The notes beneath the pieces are model-generated. The model did not search any database. It saw only the letters and a list, made by a program, of their open reading frames with translations, and was not told the origin of the DNA. The translations under genes and the position numbers were made by a program. A DNA stretch of 64,000 bases, the filler included, from Circinaria calcarea (taxonomy: Eukaryota), in NCBI GenBank assembly GCA_051942165.1. It is 3 parts of 3 records of this genome, joined end to end, with 100 filler letters (N's around TTAATTAATTAA, not from the genome) between each part and the next. Parts side by side here need not be neighbours in the genome. Positions count along the whole stretch, not along the records: positions 1 to 22,068 come from JAVECS010000132.1; positions 22,169 to 44,228 come from JAVECS010000133.1; 1 more part is not named here. One strand, 5' to 3'. Of this stretch, positions 13,299 to 23,286 are shown one piece after another. Each line of letters begins with the position of its first letter. Position 1 is the stretch's first letter.

Positions 13299-14439
13299 AT
13301 GGAAAAATATTCGCAATACAGAGATCGAGGTATAGTCACACAGCGTCCCATCATCTCAGGGAGAATATCAGCTTATTGATACTCGTCCAGCATCCGGAAT
13401 AGCGCCATTCTTTCCCGTACCGACCGCTCCGTCGGGATTCTATCTGCCCTTTCACCTTTTCCTATTTCTCTGCCGACTGCCTATCCTGCTTACAGTCACC
13501 CTGAGTTACTTTATCGTTCTCCAGTGGCTATCGATAGGCTCTCTAGGGAAGAAGGCTGCCCTGTGGTTGATCCTTGGGACGCCTGGAATATGGTGGATTG
13601 ATCTGCAGATTGATGGGGTGAAGAGGGGGTGTGTGCTCATTGTCCCTTTCTATCTTTTCGCAAATTGAGCCTCTGACCAACCTTATAGTTCTCTGGCTCG
13701 ACATCACCGAGCGCGAATTCCACAGCCAGGCTCGATAATCGCATCCTCCTTCACGTCTCCGATTGACGCCCTATACCTTGCCGCAATCTTTGATCCGATC
13801 TTCACGGCCTCCTATCCCTCCACTCGCCTGGTACATCGCATATCTCTCTTCCAAGCCGTCCTACGCGCATTTTCGCAACCACAACTCAACCCACCTCCCA
13901 ACACAAAGCTTATCGATTTACAAACCCTCCTTCTTAGACATTCGAACCGAACTGTTGTCGTCTTCCCGGAATCTACGACCACAAATGGTAGAGGTATCCT
14001 GAAGTTCAGTCCTTCTCTCCTCACTGCGCCCCCACGAGCAAAGATATTCCCCATCAGTCTACGCTACACACCTGCCGACATCACAACCCCCGTGCCAGGG
14101 ACGTATCTAACATTTGCCTGGAACCTTCTGAGCAAGCCTACCCACTGCATTCGCGTCCGAATCGCAGAGAGCGTATACAACAGTTCTCAGCATACGGCGT
14201 TACCGACACGAAGCACCTATTCTACCAACTACCTCGATGCGCTACCAGATGATACGGCGAGCAGTACAGACACTCTACTCGAATCAGAAGAGGGAGACAG
14301 TACAACCGCGACTGATAAGAAGATTTTGGATAAGGTAGCGGAAGCGCTGGCGAGATTGGGGAGGGTGAAGAGGGTTGGGTTGGGGGTGAAGGAAAAATAT
14401 GACTTTGTGAGGGCATGGACGAGGCAGCACAGGCGATGA
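13299..14439 (+). CDS. LOA1: Lysophosphatidic acid acyltransferase LOA1/VPS66 family, multi-exon
   Basis: Spliced N-terminus MEKYSQYRDR|..SGIAPFFP, GIWWIDLQIDGVKRG, SFTSPIDALYLAAIFDP and VFPESTTTNGRGIL. Confidence 0.85.
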
Positions 14440-14734
14440 CTGCCTCTGTTCTTTTTCGCATTTCAATCAAAGCTTGGCATACGCTTTACACTTTATGGAT
14501 AGCACAGGAGGGGGACCTGTCTTTTTTTTCCCAGAGATGGACGTTACGGGCTGGAGGCGAAGGTGGAAACAACTACTTTGACATAAAGCGTTAGACTACT
14601 CCATGGATAGCAACGGGGGGGGACTTGTTTTCGTTTGTATAACTACGGATGGAAATATTGAGTGAGCGAAGGAGGGGAAGGGGGGCGGGGGAATATTAGA
14701 GACATTTTGATACCAATAAAAAGTTGTGTTTTCC

Positions 14735-15127
14735 CAATAGCAATAGCAATAGCAATAGCAAGCAGCAGCTTTGAACTCTGGACTCTGGACTCTGGAGTGC
14801 CCTCGTGCCCTTCCTTTTCCCTTTTTCCTTTCAAGGGCTAGATGGAAAGAACCCATGTCCCATGACCAATGACTATTTCGTTCGAATGGCGAATGGCGAA
14901 TGTCGAAGAGGGTGGAAGGGGTTTTTTTGGGGGGGGAGGTCGTCCCCGTCGGCCCCCCTGTCTCTAGGCGGGAAGGAAGGTGTTTGTATGGGAATTGTTA
15001 TTATTGTTGTTATTACTAGATAACAGATATGCGGGTCACGCTTTCAGGGCAAAAACAAATTCAAGAAATTGGAAATGGAAATTGAAATGAGGGTCTGGTT
15101 TAGTCTAGGACTAGGACTAGGACTAGG
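14735..15127. repeat. Cluster of short tandem repeats: (CAATAG)4, ~3x GGACTCT, ~4x CTAGGA, homopolymers
   Basis: Read directly at ~14735-14760, ~14773-14796 and 15105-15127. Confidence 0.85.
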
Positions 15128-16380
15128 TACTCCGTATGCTTATGTTTGGGTTTATTTGTCTGTTTCTCAGACGGAGATGGGGACGAAGACGCAGATGGCA
15201 TGGGGGTATTAGGGGGGTAGGGGTACTATTCCTTTTGGCTGATGGGAGTTTGTTGTTTGTGAGCCAGGTTATGGGCTAGAATAGCTGAACGAGTTCCTCG
15301 AGTACCTGGCGTGGGAGAGTTGCTACGGACGGGTGGTAATTTTTCTTTTGGCTGATTGCCTGTTTATTTTTCAATCTGTGGTATGGTGGTTGCATCTTTG
15401 TTAGATATCCGGCTTTACTATATAGCCATCATCTGATCATAATTACTTTCCGTCATCCCTTGTTTCCTGCGTACCTTGACTCTAATCGTAACATGGTAGC
15501 GAAACTGATCCTCTTTGCTGCTCCCCGGGGGGGTGGGAAGGCCGGGGGCAAAATTGTCCGTTCCTTCAGTACTTCTATGATACTTGCCACTGCAGTTCAA
15601 GACTTGAAAATAGTGGTTCTCGTTATCAAAAGCTCTAGCTTCGTACCCGTCACAGCTACTAAGTTCTCCGTTTAGATGGAGTACACTAGCTGGAAATGAA
15701 ACCATGGTGTTCACCCAGGCTATCTGAAGGGAGCCACGCACGGTTTTCCATTCCGTCGGGGCCCCGAAAACTAGCTTCCTAGGCCGCTTGGTTAAAAGGG
15801 GACTGATACGACGTTGGGATGCTTGGATTCTTTCGATTTACCTAGATATTTTTCAAAAGTGTTCAATGCTCTGTGCTGTTGATAACTATTTATACGCCAT
15901 ATTCCAAGGTGAGAATATTAATTCCTTTTTTTCCTCATCGAACGAGCATCGATCCGAAGCGGTTATTCTCTGTCCAAACCCGGGGGTCATCGTGTATGCG
16001 GACCTGGACCAATGTAAGTCGGATATCCCTGCCTCCTCAGTAAGAGATATACCTAGGTAGCTGTTTTACAGATGGTACTGCTATTTCTATACAACATCAA
16101 AACTACACCCACTATTTTTTCGTAGCCGAAGCAGCCCAAGCTGATACGACTCATGGCTTTTCTGTTTAATTAAGAGTCCAGATTTCAAGACCGGTTTAGT
16201 TGATCCCGTATAACTCCGTGGCATTACCGAATGTATCCTCATCTATCGTAGACAGCAAGCAGTGCTTATACCCCGAACGCCTCGTTTCAGGGAGTACCCT
16301 AACGAAACGTATTACTATTAAAAGGGGTATTGGGCGTAAAAACACATACTAAATGCGGTAGGTCAATGGCTTAAACCACT

Positions 16381-16542
16381 AGGCCAGGTTTATTGTTACA
16401 AGGTCATGATCGCAATAAGTCACTGTCGTAAGCTCACTGTCGTAGGGGTTACTGCCGTAGAGATTACTGTCAGGCAGTGGCATTGCGACACAACAGCATT
16501 GCGACAGCGACCTACTGAAAACCGCGACAGTGGACTTGGCCC
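16381..16542. mobile_element. Degenerate 162-bp MITE-like element with ~21-bp TIRs and inward-facing ACTGTCG/CGACAG motif arrays
   Basis: Left AGGCCAGGTTTATTGTTACAA vs reverse complement of right GGGCCAAGTCCACTGTCGCGG: 12/21 identical and all 9 differences are transitions. Flanks are ACT and ATT. Confidence 0.55.
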
Positions 16543-16731
16543 ATTAGCTCAGATTAGTGAACCTACACCTAGGTTTAGGTCAACACCCCTCCTCATAGTA
16601 GTGTGTTCATTAGGGCACCCCTGGAAGTAAGGCGTTGGGGTGTGAATTTGCAAAATTCATCTTGCCGGGGTATCAATTTGAAAATTTCGGTTTTGTCGGC
16701 TTATAAATTTCAAGAACGTTTGCCCCTTTTC

Positions 16732-19700
16732 TTAAGGCGCTGCCTGATCGGCACGTTCCTTAAATGGTTCGACTCCCATATCAACAGTGCCACGGTACAG
16801 AAACTCTTCGGCTCCGAAGTTGGTCTTGATATGGACATTCCTGCCTTTCATCCCTAACACAGGGAAAAGCCTTCCCTTTACGTCGGAAAATGCGGTCCCT
16901 GTAGATGGAAGTTAGCTCCATTCATAGAGCGGTTAAAGCGTCGGGAGAGATCCTCGACTTGCCTAGATTCTTTCCATTCTTGGTGAAGAAAATAGTCCTG
17001 GTGTGAAAGTCGACACCGCAGCCAACAACATCTCCTGTACCAAACGTAGGACCATAAAGAGTACCTTGGCCACTCTCTCCAAATTTTTGTCCATCGTCCC
17101 CGTGATGACCCCATGAGCCTATATCCCAACCAGGTAAACTCTCCCAGTGAGATAGTCTATGAGCAAGACCGATACAGACAATGCTATATGTAAATTTAGA
17201 ACTATCTTCTCGTAGTCAACTTAGAAGCTCAGCGGGGATTGGCATACCTTTCACTCCCCTCATCAAGAATAGATACCTCAAAATAGCTGATATGCTGAGT
17301 AGCTGGAAGTGGATGGTTCGCGAATAGTTGCAACGGTTCAAGATCCAGGTCTATAGATCTTCCATCTTCTACAAAGGACCGTTAACCTGTGCAATATAGC
17401 TTACTGTGGACTAATCATACCTCTCACCGCCGTTTTACCATTGTCACAAATAATGGTACCGCGATTGTAGATAGGTGATACCCAGCGACTCGGTAGCAAT
17501 CCCAGACGACCCTTGAGGGCTAATGCTGAGTGAATATCTCCCAGTAACGATGAATCGGCAACGGTACGTCCCTCCGTGAACGCCAGAAGACCCGGAGTCC
17601 AACCATGCTCATCTTCGGCGTGTATGTCCGCCCCTTTCTTCAGTAAAGTGTCGACAATTTCCTCATCTCCAATCAAAGCCGCAAAGTGGAGCGCTGTTTG
17701 TCCAGTCTCCGATTTTCCAGCTACATCAGCATGATGATTGAGAGAAAGCTGGACCCAATTTTTGTGTCTCATAAAACATGCAGCTTGCAGAGCGCTGTCG
17801 CAGGGTCCGACGTCAAACCCAATCCCAGCGCCTCGATGGAGTAAAAGCTTGACAATGTTATCCGGGTCATTGTATGAGACTGCTCTCAGTGCACTTTCTA
17901 ACACTTCACGATACTTATTCACCTCCGCATGATAAGAAAGTAGTAGGTTTGCAATACGCCCTTGACCTAGGGAGAAAGCGCTTTGTATCGTACTGTCATG
18001 ATAACTGAGACCTAGCTCTCGATCAAGTAGCAAACGAACAATGCTCTCATGACCCCTAATCACGGCAGCCTCAAGCACACCCTTATATAATGTAAAATTT
18101 ACGTGGGTTTGAACTGAAGCAGCCTCCAGCGGAAATTCTGGGCATCCATCCCGAAAGTAGAAATTAGCCCCACGATCGAGAAGTAGTCGGACGATAGACT
18201 CATGACCATTGTAAGAAGCAGCCCCCAGGGCACAGGCCATTCTACCACCTTTAGCATTGACATCAACGCCATTGTCGAGCAATCTTTGCGCCGCTTTCGA
18301 AAGTCCAAGCAAGGAAGCGAAATAGAGTGGGGAGTGGCGGATTATCCGGTCTAGTTGATCGCTGCTCCTATTTAGCAGGAATTTCCCATCTCGATAATGA
18401 CCACTGGCCAGTCGGTCTGGATTATAGACACAAAGCCAACTATTCATAGATTTTCTATTTGGATCCAGTAGCTCATGTGTAAGTATGTCCACTTTTGTGT
18501 CATACGGTTTGCCGTCCAGTATTAGAGCATGTACAGGCCAATGTACTGCTGAATAAGCAAGTAGAGGATACTCTTCTAAATTATTGTCTGAGATGATCTC
18601 GGGATTATCGAAATGCAAAAGATATGCTAGACAAGTCTCAGCTATTAGTTCATGTGCTGCCATATTGCTGATGCTGTACTTTCTTGCTGTTGCTGCCCGA
18701 ATTCGATCTGAGACAAGGTACTCTTTCACTGAATAATGCGCCAATCTTACTTCACTTCTGTCTTCGTCATAGATAAGATCGGACCACCCGCCTGGTTTGG
18801 TAGAGAGTGTAATCAAGCTGGAACATATCTGCAGGATGCCATGAGGGTTCAAAAGCCTGTTTTCAATATCAAGTTTTGGGAGGTCTCCAGTAAAGTTAAC
18901 GGCTATAACTTCAGCGATTTCACGAAGAGTTAATGGACGAGCAGAAAAGGCTAACCATTGCAGGACAAGGTGTGCATCCTCCGAGTGAACCTCTTCGATA
19001 CTGCACAAGATCCTGTCGTATGTAGCATCCAAAGTTTTGGGCAGAGAGTTCAATGTCCGCCGTAATTGTGGGATCTTTACGCACTTTCGTAATTCGTCTA
19101 GTTGGCATACGGCCCATCGGAACCTAATATTATTAGCGGTAGCTATTAGCGGAGTTCTTATCATTGTGACAGTATCCAGCATAGCAACATTTCTTACATG
19201 CCATGTGAACCATCAATAAGCACCGACTGGACTTCCTCCTTGATATCCTCGGGGAACGATTTTAGCTTAGGATCATTCTGTAACTGCTCGCGAACGTGCA
19301 ATTTGATATCTGCATCTACCTGAGCATTTCGGGTGCAGATTTCGTCGGCATCCAATGATCGTAGACTGGCCTCGATGTCCGGTTCTTTCCGGCTCGTTAC
19401 AAAAACGCTTACGTTTTTTGAAGGTAGGTGGTACATCTTTTCCACCATCTCCAATAGCTGCTTTTGTTCCTGGCATTCATCTAGAGCGTCTAGTACAATA
19501 TATGCGTGTTCGAATCCTCCTAAAAGAGTATGGAGAACCTGTGCAAGCTTGTCTATATCTGGCGCTTTCATTCCATCTTGGCATTCCCTGTATAATCTCG
19601 ACAAGACATCGCTCGAATTTGTGCTCTGTAAGGAGAACTGGGTGACCATTGACCGGAGGAAATTACCGTGTCGCTTCTTATTGACGTCGTTGAAGTCAAA

Positions 19701-20811
19701 GTAGAAGTATGCAAACGCATGTCCAAGCTGTGACTGACAGTATCCCTCGATGTCAGATATTACGCCGGAGCTGCGGCAGTACTTAGAGGTGTGTAAAATA
19801 CTGAGTTCATAAGGCCTCTCACTCACCATAGAATAGTCTTTCCGCACCCAGCTACAATAGGTCAAAGTAAGCAGCAAGGTTTGACTCAAGACTTCTTGCA
19901 GCACTTACGAATACCATGCAACCACAAAAGCGAGGGCTTGGTGACCTTCCAATTGATAAGCTTGGGGCTTTCTATGAGCCATAAGCCAGTAGCTTGCTGT
20001 CTTATGCGGTACGCGGCGTTATGGTTAGATGACGGGTCAGGTGAGGAAAGCCATTCGAATATCTTCTGCTGACGATCACCTGTTTGTGCGAGAAGGTTAG
20101 CTTAGAGAAGTCCACGGCAATTTCTTGACATCCTTACCTGTGTGATGGGATGCGACTTCCTTCTGTAGTGCATCAACACCTGCTCCTACTTCTGTCACAT
20201 TTTTTCCCACCGTGACCAGGTCGTTGTGAACTTTTACTGTGATATTGGAAGTGACCATGACCTGATCTTGCAGGCCATCAAATCTCTTTAAGAACTCGCC
20301 GTTGGTATAGCTGTCACTCTTGATATTAGTACCTTGTGGTTACACTAGAAGGAAAGGCATCTCTAACAACACACATTTCAAGAGTACTTAGGCTAAAACT
20401 GAGACCGTCTCGCAGATCGGCCAAGATCTCCCTGAACTTTGCCATCGTGCTCTCTTTGAACGGATACAATGCTCTCCGCAGTTGTATCCATACCTTGCCC
20501 GAAACGTTACTTGGAACATTAGCTTCCCTCACTTTTGCTAGTTTTTGGTTGAGTTTTTTAATGCCTTCCTCACAAGCCAAAATGTTCTCCTCAACCTTTG
20601 TTACCGCCTCTCCTATCAACGTGTTTTCTCGAAGAATTGAGTCAAGGACGTGGAGTGTCTGCTGCAGTCCATTGACCGATGTGCACATTCTCAAAACATC
20701 ATCTTCGTAGTCTTTGTAGGCTCTGTAGTATTGGAGAAGACCTTGGCACACCGTCAAACCGAGTGAAGTGACGCCTACCGCGCTTCCAGCTATAGAGAAA
20801 GGATCTGCCAT
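16732..20811 (-). CDS. Fungal NLR (STAND): HeLo-like N-terminal domain - NACHT - winged helix - ankyrin repeats - C-terminal SPRY domain
   Basis: N-terminus MADPFSIAGSAVGVTSLGLTVCQGL; KIFEWLSSPDPSSNH; spliced Walker A GIPGCGKT; Walker B IVLDALDEC; GM|FRWAVCQLD; LPKTLDATYDRIL; VRLAHYSVKEYL; ankyrins (GQTALHFAA); SPRY exons YFEVSI, PGWDIGSWGHHGDDG, GDVVGCGVDF..IFFTKNG and LFPVLGM..TNFG. Confidence 0.88.
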
Positions 20812-21822
20812 TGTGGGCTCAAGATGGCTGATGCGAAAGTACCTCGTCAGGCTGCTAGAAGCATTATTCGAATGCGGCAGCTGGAAACATGGTAAGGCTT
20901 GAAGGAACCAGTGATGAATAGTATACCAGTTACATATCTGACTTTCCCTAGATTTCTTCTATACGTTCAGAGCTGAAAGATCGATTAGACCTGTGTAGAT
21001 TTCTACAGACGGCAGTAAGTAGAGTCAGTCGAGGAAAGTGCATGTTGGAGGTACAAGGCTAGGATGTGCCAAGGCGCTTGTTTGTAATTCAATATTCGGG
21101 TCTTGCGGCTTGCGATAGGACAGATACGTGATAGGATAGTGGGACCACTCCGGAGGAATGATGAAGTTGAGGTTTGAATACTACGGCCGCATCAAAATCT
21201 GAACCTAGATACACATCTAACTAGAAAGTACCTCTCCTGTTGATCTGCGCCTATTAAAAGCCAGATCGCCCTGTCAAATTTCCTACCGAACAAGCATCCA
21301 TACATGATTCACTCATACATAGAATACTTATTAGCAGTCATATGCCCTTTTCACTTTCTGTGAAAGAAAATTTCAAGCCGAATGGTCGTGACGTCGTAAA
21401 GATAGTACAGGCCGTAAAGTCGTATCGTGTCATGTCGTATCGTTCTTCAAAGGCAAGAAGAGTAAACGGCAGCATGCTGGAACGCCAACCAAAACAAAAA
21501 GGGTGTACGCGAAAAGCGATGAAATATCAAGGAGCATCCCGAAAGTGTCATTTCAATTTGATGTAAAATTGTCCTGGAGTGAGATAGCCACCTGATTGAT
21601 ACGCGAAAAACTTTTGTGCTCGAGGAGAGTTTTTGGGAGAGTGAAGATGTTGTAATGTCAGATATTGAGTTGGGCGCTGCAAATGATATACCGTGTTCGA
21701 TCCGGTGGACCGCTGAGTGGGTATGGATGGAATATCCCAAAAAGGTCAACGACTCTTTCCGCCTCTTGAGTTCCATTCCCTTGCTGGATTCTTGCGGTTT
21801 GCATGCTGAGCAACGAGACATC

Positions 21823-22068
21823 CTAGAATGGCTGTCCCTCATTCCTGACCCGGCTCACGACGCTACGTGAGCTTCTCCGACTGTGAATCGCCGGCTTGAG
21901 CCTTACTAAGCTCTGCTCCTCGGCGAGATTCTCTGTGCTGGCCGCCTCCTTGAACCTCTTGCCTTCCTTCTCCTCTGCAACCCTGCTCACAGGTCTTCCG
22001 GCTCGACTCTCCGCTCTCTTTTCCCGAGTATATTCAACCTCCCTGTCAACCCTGTTTCCCCTCCGACT
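21823..22068 (-). CDS. Possible 3' end of an unidentified gene cut by the gap
   Basis: Open charged frame ...KRFKEAASTENLAEEQ...RNEGQPF* running out of the N-run. No recognisable motif. Confidence 0.3.
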   Translation of the reverse strand, partial: SRRGNRVDREVEYTREKRAESRAGRPVSRVAEEKEGKRFKEAASTENLAEEQSLVRLKPAIHSRRSSRSVVSRVRNEGQPF

Positions 22069-22168
22069 NNNNNNNNNNNNNNNNNNNNNNNNNNNNNNNN
22101 NNNNNNNNNNNNTTAATTAATTAANNNNNNNNNNNNNNNNNNNNNNNNNNNNNNNNNNNNNNNNNNNN
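22069..22168. other. Artificial assembly spacer (44N + TTAATTAATTAA + 44N)
   Basis: Exactly 100 nt with a palindromic linker giving stops in all six frames. Identical to 44229-44328. Confidence 0.97.
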
Positions 22169-22447
22169 ATAATGCAATTTCTTAAACTGCCCATTGTATT
22201 TTTCCTCCCCAGCAGTCGCCCATTCCTTCTGCGCGCGTTCCCTCTGCTTACTCTCTTCCTCGCTCCTCACTTTCTGCGCTTTCTCCTCTTCAAGCCGCAT
22301 CGACTCCGACACTGGGTCGCGCGTATGATCAGACATTGCATCTAACGGTGGCGACGTCGGTGGAGTCATGGCCAAGGACGATGGTCGTCTGGGAGAGTCA
22401 ATGCGAGCGATGGGGCTTGTGGGTGCAGAACTCATTTTGTTGGGCAT
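22169..22447 (-). CDS. 5' fragment of a probable LSH/HELLS/IRC5-like SNF2 remodeler (truncated by gap)
   Basis: TPPTSPP...MRLEEEKAQK...QFKKLHY resembles the N-terminus of fungal LSH-family ATPases. The ATPase domain is not in the window. MCB-like sites lie upstream. Confidence 0.55.
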
Positions 22448-22549
22448 TCGCAGGTCACAGACAAATCGTCACGGTAACCGGTGGTCTTTACAATTGTAAA
22501 CTCCTTTACTCAATTACTCCGAAACTGCCTGGAGGATCATAGTGATGTA

Positions 22550-22572
22550 ACGCGTTCTTTCTCTCTACGCGA
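22550..22572. promoter_or_regulatory. MCB-like elements (ACGCGT, ACGCGA) upstream of the LSH-like gene
   Basis: ACGCGT at 22550-22555 and ACGCGA at 22567-22572, about 100-125 nt upstream of ATG 22447. Confidence 0.45.
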
Positions 22573-22654
22573 CGTGACCTCGATAAGATCCAGACCGATC
22601 GACATCCTGATCCCTGTGTGCGTAACCCCTGTTAGCTACAGATTTCCCCCACTT

Positions 22655-22943
22655 GGGAGGTTTTGTTTTTTTTTGTTATGCTCGGAGGTTGTTAGGTAGG
22701 CCCGGAATAACAGTACTCCCAGCCAATCAATACCTCGTCTGCAAGGCCCCCCCTTGGCCTGGTTTACATAGCTCCATTGTACATCCACAACGGAGCTATG
22801 TTGTACTAGTGAACCTAGTGTGGCCAATACGAATGCACAGTTTCTGCTAGCTTGCCCCCCGTGCTTTACAGTATCGGGCTTAGCCCATCGGTGCCGTGCT
22901 CCCGAGCATAACAGATTTCTAACAAAAAAAAACAAAACCTCCC
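22655..22943. mobile_element. 289-bp element bounded by a perfect 24-bp inverted repeat (MITE-like)
   Basis: GGGAGGTTTTGTTTTTTTTTGTTA (22655-22678) is the exact reverse complement of 22920-22943. A further inner match GTTATGCTCGG/CCGAGCATAAC is present. No clear TSD. Confidence 0.55.
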
Positions 22944-23286
22944 GACTGCCTGCCGGGTGTGCCTTGCGACCTCTCGAGGCTGGCGTCGTTAATGCTGTCA
23001 GACTCAGCCCGCCTAGCAGCTTCCTTATTCTCTTTTCTATTCTCTAAGTGCGTATTTACGACAGAGTATTTTAACCTCGAGTAGGCTTCGAAGTGGCTTA
23101 TTTTTTTGAAGATCAACGTTGCTCTAAGGTATCGGTGCCGTCCTTTTTGCTTTCTCTACTACGACAGCATTCGAGTCAATTCATATATACCCGAGCCAAA
23201 CCTATCAGAAACCTGCTTAAGAACTGTACTTGTACTTCCACTTTTGACAGATAAGGTCATTCAAGCTCTTAAGCTGCCTCTTTAAT

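Noticed and set aside
16416..16472. Short direct repeats resembling a CRISPR array
   Set aside because: Units are ~15 bp without unique spacers, the context is eukaryotic, and there are no cas genes.
16766..16777. GGTTCGACTCCC tRNA T-loop/B-box-like motif
   Set aside because: Antisense to the last SPRY exon; no cloverleaf can be built.
21616..21870. Plus-strand ORF ending EQRDILEWLSLIPDPAHD, reminiscent of a pre-NACHT motif
   Set aside because: It stops immediately, no P-loop follows, and it overlaps a minus-strand open frame; probably coincidence.
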